A stretch of 64,000 bases of DNA from Amoebophrya sp. A120. Its lineage: Eukaryota > Protista > Dinoflagellata. The notes beneath the pieces are model-generated. The model was not told the DNA's origin, made no database searches, and was given only the letters and a program-made list of their open reading frames with translations. The stretch's first letter is position 1; every line of letters starts with the position of its first letter. The stretch covers positions 1,671,216 to 1,735,215 of the forward strand of contig CAJINV010000002.1 in the NCBI GenBank assembly GCA_905178155.1. The letters run 5' to 3'. This document shows positions 50,841-62,800 of the stretch, piece by piece. Both the position numbers and the translations under genes were made by a program.

Positions 50841-53800
50841 TCAACACCACAACTTCACCAATCCATCCCTCCCCGCAGTCGCCAGCAACGTGCTGAAATT
50901 CGGCCCACGATACAGCAAACTCATGTCCAGAATCGCGTCCCGGTGGTTCGGATTTGGCTCCCTTGGTCCCGGCCGCAGCAACTCGTTCGGGTTAATAATG
51001 TCCGACAAAGTAGAACCTCCACCCCCCGACACGTTGTCTTGCTGCCCAGTCGCAGCTGCAGTGTTCGAACCTGTATTGTTGTTTCCGCCTGATGTAGTAG
51101 TTCCACTGCTTCCAAAAGATCTTCCACCCGCAGTACTTGCGCCCTGCTGCTGCGTAGCCATTGGTTCTTCCTCGCAAACCACAATCGTTTTCTCGCCCAG
51201 TCGACTGCAGCTGTACCGCGTGGAGTTCCTGTTGAAAGCTGATGCGAAAGAACCGCCAATACTATTCTGCTGCAGCTGCTGCTGTGCCGCAGACAACGAC
51301 CCACCACTCTGCCCCTGCCCGCTTTGCTGATGTCCACCAGTAGTCACATCGGAGAGCTGCAGATTCGGGCCGTAATTCGACGACGCTCCACCTCCATCTC
51401 TCCTCCCCCCGATGAGCATTTGGACGAGGGTATTCGAGCTGTCGTGGCCACCACTGGACAAAAAGGTTGATCCACCTCCGTTGTGGTCAAAATTGTTCGG
51501 GTTACTCGCGGATAAATTCCACAACCGGACCCTTGCGTCCGTCCCACCGAATAACAAGCCGTTTGTGCCTATGAACTGCAAAAGTATCGCACTCGTATAA
51601 ATGCATTACAAATTTCTTCAGCATGAGAAATAAAATTTGTAATGCGGATTTACCTAATCCTAATTTTTTTGTAATGCATGATTGCAATACGGGTACGATA
51701 CTTTTGAACAGGATAGTTCCGGGGATGAGCTTTAGACAACGCACCATGGAATTCCGCAAATTCAAATTCCACGCATTATATCAATTGCAAAAATGTCTGG
51801 GTCTGGGAGAATGCAAGATTTGTGATGCAGGTTTTCCATGGCCCATGAGGTCTGGAATGCGAGACCCAGCATTACAGATTCTTTGAGGTCTCTATCATGC
51901 CTTTCCTGCATGAGAAACTCCCTCTCAACTTGGTCAAAAGGGGACAGCTTTTGGCAGTCATGCAACACAGACTTCTGCATGATTCGGATTTAGCATGACA
52001 AGTTGCAATCTTCCAGACCCAGACACTTTTGCAATCCCTACATTAGCAGCGCCTTTTGACGTCGACTTACTCCCTCCCGTTTTCGTCGACGCAACAGAGG
52101 TGGTGGTGGAACCAAAAGTGGAGGAAAATTGTTCTGCGTGCACGATGTTCTTCGCTAGGTGGAGAGAGGAGTCTCTAGAAGTTGTCGTACCGCTGTAATT
52201 TGCGGGTTGTTCTAGCTTGCACTCCAGTAATTGCGGTAACGACACCGGCCTGCCCGAACTGGATTTTGATTCGAAGAACTGCAATGTTGAACCTCGTATG
52301 AAGTCAAACACCGCAACCTCGTTCCCCTCGCCGCCGAGCGCCGTGACCACTTCTAGCGTGTTCGAACTATTACCGGAGTTTCTGTTTGTCTGCATGATCT
52401 TGCAGTCCATAATTGGCGCGGAAGTTGAGACCTTCCACTTACGCACGGCCGCGAGAAATCTCAAATCGAACAAGACTCCGCACCCACCAAAAGTGCCGGC
52501 CACTAAAAAGCTGTTGTTCGTAGAGAGACACGATGGCGCGCCGAGCTGCGGGGGAATTACTGCCGTGAAAGCGAGTTGCTTCATGCGCGTGTCCCACCCG
52601 TGGACCTGGCCCTGCTGTCGGGCGATGAGGATTAGGGAATCAAGGGACGTCTCGCAGTAGTCTATCGCCGTGGTGGATTGCGTGAAGGGCTGTTGACCAT
52701 CGTATCCTGAGTAAAAATGTCCCCACACCAGAGTTGTCATGCAAATCTGCATGCCAAAAAAGTTTCTCATGCGGAGCCCCATGAGAGCCATTGTCTTATC
52801 CTGTTTCGGAATTTGTAATGCTAGAATCAGCATGATGTGCTAGATCTGTGATGCTTCGGAACTAGCTAAACAGGATTACACTACGAGGATAAATTTGTCA
52901 TGCGAAACCACCAGAGGTGGCGGATTTGTCTAGCGGATTCCCCATCTTGACTCTGGGGTGGGGGCGTTTTTGCTCAGGATACATCGGTGCCTGACACTGT
53001 CGTCCTTGAAAAGCTGGACAAATCCTTCTGCGAAATGCACGCACCGCTCCGCTCGAAGGAGTGCAGGGACACAACATCCGAGTCGTATGGATTGCAAAAG
53101 TGTCTGGGTCTGGAAGCATGCAGGAGTTTGTCATGCAGATTTTGCATGAGCCATGAGGTCTGTGATGCATGCCCTAGCATCAGATATTTTGCGAGGGCTT
53201 TCTGATGCTCATACCGCATGAGAAATGCCCTCTGCGCGTAGCACAAATTACACCTCTTTTGCTGTTCATGCAATACAGTTTTTATGTAGATTCCGAAAGT
53301 AGCATCACAAGTTGTATCCTTCCAGACCCAGACATTTTTACATTTGATAAGTCGCCAGCTAACACAAACTCCGAGCTGTGCTTCTGCAAATGCGCTTGCT
53401 GCTGAAACCCTGGAGTGCCGGGAAAGAGCCCAGGAGTGTTGTTGTTTGCGGTTAGAATTTTCAAACACCGGAGCTTGGTGGATTTTTTTGAAGCGGTGGG
53501 GTTTTGGTTTGATGCGGATGATCCAATGGCTTTGAACCAATCAACACTCCAAACCGGCTGCATCGGCACATCTCGATCGAGCGCCGCCGTGTTGTAGCAG
53601 TTGACTTTTCCGTTTTCCCCCCCGGTCAGCAACAATCTCCCGTCAGCACTGTTGTCAATTTTCACGACCGCGGTAGGAATTTCTCCCCGGCAATACTCGT
53701 ACAAAGTCGCCAGCAGTCGCATGTTGAAGGGGGGATTTGGGAAGGAATGTTGCTTGTTCTGCGGCGTTGTTGTTCCTTGCTGTGCGCCGTTAATAGTAGA

Positions 53801-56800
53801 ATTACCACTGTCGTTGCCGTAACTCCCCCTCGTTTGCACCTGATTGGGAAAAACGGTGTAAAACCAGTCCGCCGCGGTCGGGCCATTGGCGTAAGCATTT
53901 GCGAGCGCAGCCGCGGTTCTGGATGGCGGCTGAAATTGTTCCGATGCTACTCCGGTGGATGCCCTTGTGCCGAAACCGCCCTGCTGTTGATGCTCAACGC
54001 TGTTGGCAGAACTACCTGCTTTATTGGTCGCCGCGTTGTCAAAAGCTAATGGCAATTGCAGCGCCGATACTTTCCAATCCGTCAGCCTGGCTCTTCTCGG
54101 GCCCGAATGCGCGTTATTCGGGGATTGCGACTGGCGATTTGACACAGATTCCCGTCTGCTGGATGATTCTCTCGCTGTACTAGAATTACTGTCTTCCTGC
54201 CCGCCCCCGCCCGCTCCTGCGTTTTGTGCGATAGACACGTGGAGGACCGGAGTGGTTTTCTTATTGATAGAACCACCTTGAAGATTTTTCCTCTGTAGTC
54301 TTTTCTTCGACGCTTTCCGTATCCTTGCTATCCTGCCAGTGTTTGACGAAGAGCACGTGCTGGTTTCCATCCTCACGTCCAACCCCCGCGCGGATTGCTT
54401 GTCACAAGTGATTGGATAGGGGATGCTGTGCGGGTTCACTTTTTGTATCAAGTGAAACTGCGCTAGATTCTGCACAGTGTTGTTCGCTGTGTTCAAAGTC
54501 CTATCCAAGAAAAAAGCTGTGGTAGCGTAGGTCTCTTGGAGTGACAGCATGACAAACTTGCTCCGCATGACAGAGCAAGCTTGTCATGCAGAACAAATAC
54601 GTGAAAACGCACCTGAAAAGAGGACTTTGTGGGTGTCTGGCATGACAAGTGTAACTCTTTTGCTCTCTCTGCATGACAGACTTACCCTTACACACTTTTT
54701 TTCTTGCATAGCTCCTGTGTTGCTGCTGCGTCCACTTCGCCACCCAGGGTTTGAGGAGTTCTAGTGATTTTTTGTCCTCATCTTGCGGGTATCAAATGGA
54801 AGAATGTCTGGGTCTGGAAGAGTGATGCTGTTTTTGCATGACACAGAAGGTCTCGCATGGAAGCTCTAGCATCACAGGTTTCGAGAAGCTTCCGCCATGC
54901 CGAATCCGCATGACAAATCCCCCATTTTGGTGACAGAAAGCGGGCAGCTTTTGCTACCTATGCATGAGAGATTTTTCTGTTCTCTGAAATGCGCACCACA
55001 AGTTTGTATTCTTCCAGACCCAGACATTTTTGCAATGCATAGAGGGAGAATCGGGGCTGGCTGCTGCTTCTCGTCGACGATGCCCAAAATGGTCTGCTGC
55101 TCCTGTGTGATTTGGTTTTTCATGCTAAAGTGCGCATTACAAGAAAAGCGACATTAGTCTAAAACTCGCATGACAATAATTCACTGGTGGAAAGTAGCAA
55201 GAGCAACAAAGAATCAGGTATTGTTCAACATAAAAACTATACCTTCACCAGCATCTGAAAGCCCTGTTTCGACACCGGATTCCTCCACAACAGACTCTCC
55301 GGATCCGCATGACTAAGCGGAAACATTTCCCCGTTAATCACAATCGACTCCTTCAAATAGGGCTGCAAATTCGGCAGCCAGAACGCGTGGTAGCAGACGA
55401 CATCGGATTTGATGACAGACTCTATCAGTTGCGTGCAAGCGGTTCTCACCCTGCTTGAAGGGTGTAGTATCAAGGGCAACACCGGTCGTTGGAAGCTCCA
55501 GGTGTTGGTAAACTGGTCAGAAAATTTCTGATGCAAAACCAGTTTCGCCAACCCGTCCAACGCGGCGATAATCACCCTCTCCTCGTTATCGGAAAGACAT
55601 TGTTCGTAACAGGGGTACAGCAACCCTTCTGTGCTTGTTGTCGTCAAAGATGTGTTCGAAATCTCGCAGCAGAATTCACAGAATGATGCCCTGACCTCCC
55701 AGTCGTTTGTGTTCATGAAGGAGATGAGATGAGGAAGTAAGAAGTTGTGCATCCCGGTTCTCCATCAAATGTAAAAATGTCTGGGTCTGGAAGATTGCCA
55801 GACTTGTCATGCATATTTTGCATGGCCACTGATGGCTGTAATGCATGGCCTAGCATCACATATTTCTAGAGGGCTTCCTGATGCCTATTCTGCATGAGAA
55901 ATGCCCTCTCCGTGTAGACCAAACTGGACTCCTCTTGCTGGTCATGCAATACAGAGTTTTTTCGAATCCGAAGACAGCATGACAAGTTACAACCTTCCAG
56001 ACCCAGACATTTTTACATTTGATATTCTCCCGAAGTATAACGAGAGTTTCGGCAACGCGTTTAGAATCTGGAGTTTGATTTGCAAGGTCGTGAAGTCGTG
56101 CATCAAATGCAATCCGCCGTGCTGTTGCTGTTGGGCTGCACTGCTTATGGAGGAGTTTGATTCCGCCTGCTGCAACAAATTCTGCAGTAACAACTGCATC
56201 GGATCAGTGAACAAATCCCGGTTATTGCCAATCTCCGCTACACTCGTTTTCCCATCGTTTTCCAAGCTCATTGCAATATCCAAAAAATACCCCAACTTGT
56301 TCGCGACCGCTAGAGAGAACGACAAATCGTTCTCGTTCACCGCCAAAGACTGTACCATCCGGCTGATCTGGGGTAGCAGATACTCTTTGAAGGTTTTCGA
56401 AATCAATCTTCTCAACTGCTCGAAATTTTTTGCTGTGAAGTTGTTGTCTCCATTATTTTGATCAACATTTATCGGCGATAAGGATGTCGCGAAGGCGTGG
56501 AGACAACTTGCCAGATTGGACAAAACCCTGGTTCTGACATTCGTCGCGTTGTCGGCGAGTAGGTGGTGGAAGGTTGGGAGCAAATGTTCCTCCAATAAGG
56601 AAAAGGAAAGCAGCAATTCCTCTTCGTTTTTCCACTTCTTCAACCGCGAATAGTTCTCGTAGTAGTGGATCAAGAGTAACCCACCCAGCATGTCCGCGCC
56701 GATAATCTTCAAATTTGGGCTGGAAACCGAGTGGAGTTTCACCTCCAGAGTGGAGATCAAAGTCGGTATCATCTTCAACATGCCGCGGAAAAGCTGGCGC

Positions 56801-59800
56801 CGGGCCTCTGCGTAGTCTTTATTTCCTGCTGCTGTGGAAGTTGGAGCTGTTGTTTGTGTCGTTTGAAACAAATCGTGTAGCTGGATCCCGGTTTGTTGCA
56901 AATCCTCCTGCCCGAACCGGAACATGGATTTGTAGCTTTGCACGAGGTTTGCTAAGTACAGCTGCGAATTCGCAAGGAAGTCGTGCCCAAGCTGGAGGTT
57001 GAAAAACACGTCTTTGGCCGCGGCTTTTGCGGAAGCGGAGACTGCGCTGTTAGTGTTCCCCTGCTTGTTCATAATCGCATTCGCACCTTGCCCTCCTATC
57101 AAGTTGTTCGCGTTCGCGAAATAGGTGCAGCACTTCAACGCGAGAAAAACCGCATTTTGCAGACTGGCCGCGTCTAACTCCGCGATTGGAGGAGCGCCTC
57201 TGCTATCGATGAATTCTTTCGGAAAAAGATTGAAAAAATTCTGTCTCAAATAGCACAGCCACAAATCCGGGTGCTGCAGCAACGGGTGTAAACCGACACT
57301 CGTGCTAAACGCGTGCAACCCCGCGACATTGAAATTTTGCTGTAATGGGGAAGAAGCGCTGCAGATTTGCTGTAAACAAGCAAAAGCGGTTGGCCTCTTC
57401 CTCGGGTCTGCTTGTACCATTTGGGCGATCAGGTTTTTGAAGACGTTGTTCGACCCGGTGTCTTGTATCTTCTCCAACCGCGGCTGCAAAATCTCCTCAA
57501 AAAACTGCTTCGGGTTGTTCCGGTACTGCAGTAGCTCCGGTAAATCGACAATCAATTGGCTCCTACCGTCTAGAAACAGGTCCGCTAGCACACACCCAGC
57601 GGAGAAAATGTCCATCGGGGCAAGCGTTTGCTGGAAATGCTGTTGATAGAGATCTTCGTTTTTGTAAATAGACTGTTGCGATGTTGAAGCCGCGTTTTCT
57701 TTGCTCGACGAAGACCCACTTGAAGTTGTGGAAACGAGCGCAAACTCCAAGCCGGAAGAAGTTTTGTTCCTGCTATCTCCCTCAGTTCCGCTCCGCAACC
57801 GCTCCGGCGCTAGGAAAACCCTTCGTTCGTAGTAGAAGGAAGCAGAGGAGAAGTAGAAGGAGAAATCCGCCGGGTTCCTTTCCGTAATAAACACCGGTTT
57901 GAATGGGTAAGCGATGTCGGACAAAATCAACCTCTCCGAACCATTCACGATAAAAACATTTTCCGACTTGATGTCTAGATGTGGAATTCCGCATTTGTGC
58001 AGCTGGTTCACGGCTAACAGCAATTGGAACGCGAGGTAGTGCTTCTCCGCTTGTTTCAAGAACGGCCGGCAGTGCAGCCTGTCGTGAAGCGATTTCTTCC
58101 AAAACGGTCTCAAAAGTAACACGCATTGCTGCTGCGTCGGCTGGACGGATTGGAGCAATTGCTGTTGATCCTGCAACGTCAACTGCCCCATGGCGTTGGT
58201 CATAATCCCTGTAGGCGTCGTCGCAACTACCTGGTTCGCGGGTGTACCGGTCTGCGTGAAATCCTGGCTGCCGGACCTCTGACTCGCGGTTCTGTCCGGC
58301 AAGGTTTGCCCAGACTGCTGGCTCGCGGCGGAGTCCGCTCTTCTAAGTAAGTGGCTCGCAGTCGCTTGATCGGATATCGTAAAGAAAAATCCCCCTTCCC
58401 CATATTGAAAACGCATCCGTCTGAAAATTTGTGATGCACATTTTTTTTTTTTTTTTTTTCATTGGGCCCCTCATTTTTGCCATGTAAATTCATCACTAAG
58501 CTAGGAGGCCAGTGGGCGTTACTTAGAATGTGAATCAGTTCTACGAATTCACCTGCCTGCCGCAGCAGGTTTCACAGGGCCGACACCTTTCACACAGCTA
58601 AGCATTGCGCGTGTACACCATCTTTTTTTGATTTTTGTTTTCTTACTACCGACGCCCGGCCTTGCAGGGCTCTCGCCCTGTCGTCTCTTGGGCTGTATGC
58701 TGCTTGACAAGTGGCACTTAAGTTCTTTTTGTACTAGGCTGCTTATATTCTGCCTAATTTGTTTTCATATCTGTTACTCAATATCTTTGCTGCTCTACAT
58801 CAAATACATGTTTATTTGCAGGGGTTGGCGCAGACAAAGATATAGAGTGACGGGTGTAGCGCATAGGATACAAAAAGCGCAGGATGAAAGCAGCTTTTCC
58901 TGAACTTATGTGTAATCATCATGGGCATAAGTATGTCGCTCATTATTTTGGAAAGTTTCAGGCTTTCTGTTTTATGAGATATATGCATTTCACTTTCTTG
59001 GAAGTTAGTTTTTCACTTATGCTGATTGAATTTCTATCACCGTTCCAAATGGTTTCTTCGACTTCTTTGGCACTTCATTTGATCACATGCTTTGCAGCTC
59101 TGCATGACAAACGCGACGTTCGCGCTGATTGATCTCAGTGCTATCTGTTCTTCATTTTTTCAGGGTATCTCATGCAAAAAGCCTCTATTCGTTTCCAAAA
59201 TAATTATCGTATGCTGAATAGCAGCAACTTTTTTCCGCCGGATTCTTACCTTTGAGCAAGTACTATTCTGCAAGATGCAGAGGCAGAAGAGAAGACGAAA
59301 TCTGCCACGTGGCAGTGAGAGACCTACTGCTACTTGTTGCACCATCTTGATTTGTGAACTCGTATTAACATAGTGCCTTACTTGAATGCGAATCTTGTGC
59401 AAGATAAATGCATGCTTTTACAATAGGCGCACTGTTTGTAAAGGAGACCTACTTAAAGTTATGCACTAGATGAAAAGACTTAAGACCGAGACGTACATCA
59501 CCTCTACACTTCGATGGCAATTCATGCTCTTAGAAAAATATGATCTACGGCTGTGCATACTTTTCCCATCATCTACAATGTAAAACCAAAATAAAAAATC
59601 TGCGCGCTCGTTCTCTTCTGTTTTGGCCTATCTGTCTTTGCTTACCAGTGCTACTAAGTAACTCAGTCTCTTTGTAGTATGCTACTCATTCACTTCTTCT
59701 TCAAATTAGTCCGAACAATATCACCACCCTTTCCCTGCTTCCTGTTCAGTTTCATTGCGAAATTTTTTTTTTGGATTGATATGAAGGAGCACGCGTTTCT

Positions 59801-62800
59801 ATTTCTGGATCTGTAGCCACTTGTAAGCGCCGGAACTCTGCACGGATCTAGTTGGGGGATCTTCTGCCATAGAGGGGAGCAAAAAGTAGATCAGAAGAGT
59901 GCGCTTATTCTATATTACTACCGAGCGCGCAATTACAATGCTAATCTATCAGGCGCTTGTCACGCAACCGATCTACCAAAAGCATCTCTATTCAAGCAGC
60001 GGGGAGTTACACGATAGGGCATCTAGTGCAGTATAGTATATCAATCTTCGCGGCTCCTTCATCGATCACGATTCATGTCCGCGCGAGGCGGCTCCTGGAC
60101 CTGTAGTATTTGTTTAATTCTTGTTTTGTCAGCCTGGCATTACAAATTTGAAAGGATATTCAGAGGATCTCCTACAAAAAACCACAAATGCCGCTTAGTA
60201 ATGTCATGCCGACATATGAACTTGTAAACCATGGAACCAAAAGAGGAAAAGAAGTTACATTATTTCTTTTTTTGTTACTAGAAATAATACCAGTGATGTC
60301 CGCGCCGTTTTTGGCGTAGGTGTCTGTCACGTGTTCGCCGTCGCTACTGCTTGATGTGTCAATTTGTCATGTTAAAATCACAAAGCAAGTCCTGTTTTTG
60401 TTTGTTTTTTAATTTTTTCAATTTTCATTGTGCATCAACATTTACTCCAAGTATTTTCCATCTAGAATTCTTGTCATTACTTTCATACTTCGTGCTGTTT
60501 TTTGCATTTGGAATACGTTGCCTGACCTCACGTGATTTTTTTGCTTCTTGTCAATGCTAGTTGATATATTTTCAATGACCTCCCCCACCCTTTTCCTGTA
60601 GAACTCGTGCGTCAGGTTTGTTGCTTCATCGATGACAAAGCGAAGTATTTTTTGCGGAGACAATAGCATGCCCTGCGCCATTGATGGAGGCCGACTGGCA
60701 AAGCCAAAGTGCTTGAGGCGGGCCGCCTCAAGCTTTTCGCACTCGAATAGTGCATGGTCCACGCAACAGGGGCACAAGCGGCCGCATAGCTTGCACTTTT
60801 GCAGGCAGGTGCCGCCTTGGTATACAACATCTCCACACGCGAGGTGCGGAGACGGAGCGTAGCCGAGCCATATCCAGAGATACAGCATTTCTGCTTCTTT
60901 GTTCGGGAAGGTTCCGACCGGGGGTCGGAACCTTCCCATTTCGTCCGCGCGCTTTTTCATGTACTCCGGGATGGTATTACATTTTTTAAACTTGTCCTCG
61001 AGTATCCGTTTCACCAGAAGGCGCCGCAAGATGGGCGCCGTCATCCATTTCCGCCATTTGGTAGCAGTTTTTGGCTGCTGGCCATCTGTCCACGCCCGAT
61101 GGAAGGCGTTTGTGAGAAAATCTGCGCAATCATTTAGGGCCATCTTTGCGTGGCCTGGTGTCCACCTGTAGTGGAACCAGACCTCCTCGTCCCCATTCGG
61201 GCAGATACCTACGCACAGCACTTTTATCATTTCCATGACTTTCATGATCTGGTGGATCATTGGGTTGGAGGAGTCATCATAGCATTCCAGTGCCTGCACG
61301 ATGCTGTTAGAGTCAAGAAAAAACCAAAAGCTTCGGATCGTTTTTCTCAAGATGGGCCGTTTTTCAAGGTGTTCATGAATTTCTATCAATTGCTCTAGCA
61401 GTCCGAAACATTCTGCATCAAATGAATCCACTGCGACGTCTTCCAACGAGGATGTCACATAGCACCCTGTGACCAGAATGGGCTCTGGGGTTTCGTCGTC
61501 ATTTGCTTCTGCCGTGATCTCCTCCTCACACCGCAAGACAGGCCAGCCAGCGCCAGCGCTGTAGGTGGGGTGGGGGGAGCCGCGCCCCAGCCCGATCGGC
61601 TCCCACCACCAGCTGGCCCCCGCGCCTACACCTAGGCTTCTCTCCTTGTCCACCAAGCCGTCGGTGGCAGTCACTAGATTTTTTGGCGACTGTCTCAGAA
61701 TAGAGCGCGCCATTCTGTTGTGGTCCGCTGCGATGACGTGGCGCGCTATGTTCAGCGCGCCATCCTTCAAGCCCGAAAGCTTCCCCAGGCCGTAATCCTT
61801 GCCTACCCGGTCCATCGACCGGGCGTCAAGGTTCACCCCCCGCCAGAAGACTTTCCCGATGTGAAGCTTCTTGCGCCTAAAAAAGGAGTGAATGTCCGGG
61901 AAAAGCTTCACGGACAGTGCCTGCACAATTTCCGTCCATTGGAGATGCTTTTTGTCCATTTCATGTAGAAACTTTGCCGGGCAGGTAGCCTCGACGCTAT
62001 CTAGCAGCCTCGCTGCCCGCACACTGGGCACTTTGTCTATCGCCCACTGTTTCAGGGCAATTCCCTTGTAGTACAGCATCAAGTTTTCCACCGCCATCAG
62101 GGTGCAGATGTCCGGAATTCCTGCGCACCGGTGCAGGAGTGTATTTGGGATCTGCCTCGGCAGCATGCAAATATTTTTCAAAAATTTTGCTGTGTCCTTT
62201 TGCAGCTGTAGCTTGTTGGACTTCTTGAAGTAGGGAAAAAACGGCACGGAATTACTTAGCACTGCACTGTAGACCAGAGATACGTAGACATCTATTTTTG
62301 TGGTGACTCTGATGCTTTTCAGTCGGGCGACGCTGTTGTTTTCTTGTGTCATCTTCCGCTTTGTGATTTCGTAGTGGGAACTGAAATCCCAGGTCCCATC
62401 ATAAAAGAATCCCAGCGACCTGCTTGCGTCACTGATCTCGACCTTTTTACTAACCCCCACATCATAATAGATCGCTTCGGACTTTGACTCCTCAAAGAAA
62501 ATGAAGGACTCTCGTCCCGCCTGGACGAGGTCCTTCTTGAGCTCGCTCACCTTCTGCTGGTCCCCCGTGCCGCACTGGCTGTTGTCGTCACTAAACTGAT
62601 TCTGCGCCCCGTCCGCATTGATGGTTTCCATTTTCTGTATCAAAATACAGTTGTGGCAATTGAAGCAGCCGCCCGAGTAGGGCGACCCTTGTGGCATGCC
62701 GGGGGACAAAGTCCAGTACCTAGTCCCCGTTTTGATTCTTACTTTTCGGTAGGAGAGCCACTGAACCGTGGCACAGACCAGGTCCACTGGCACCCCTAGT

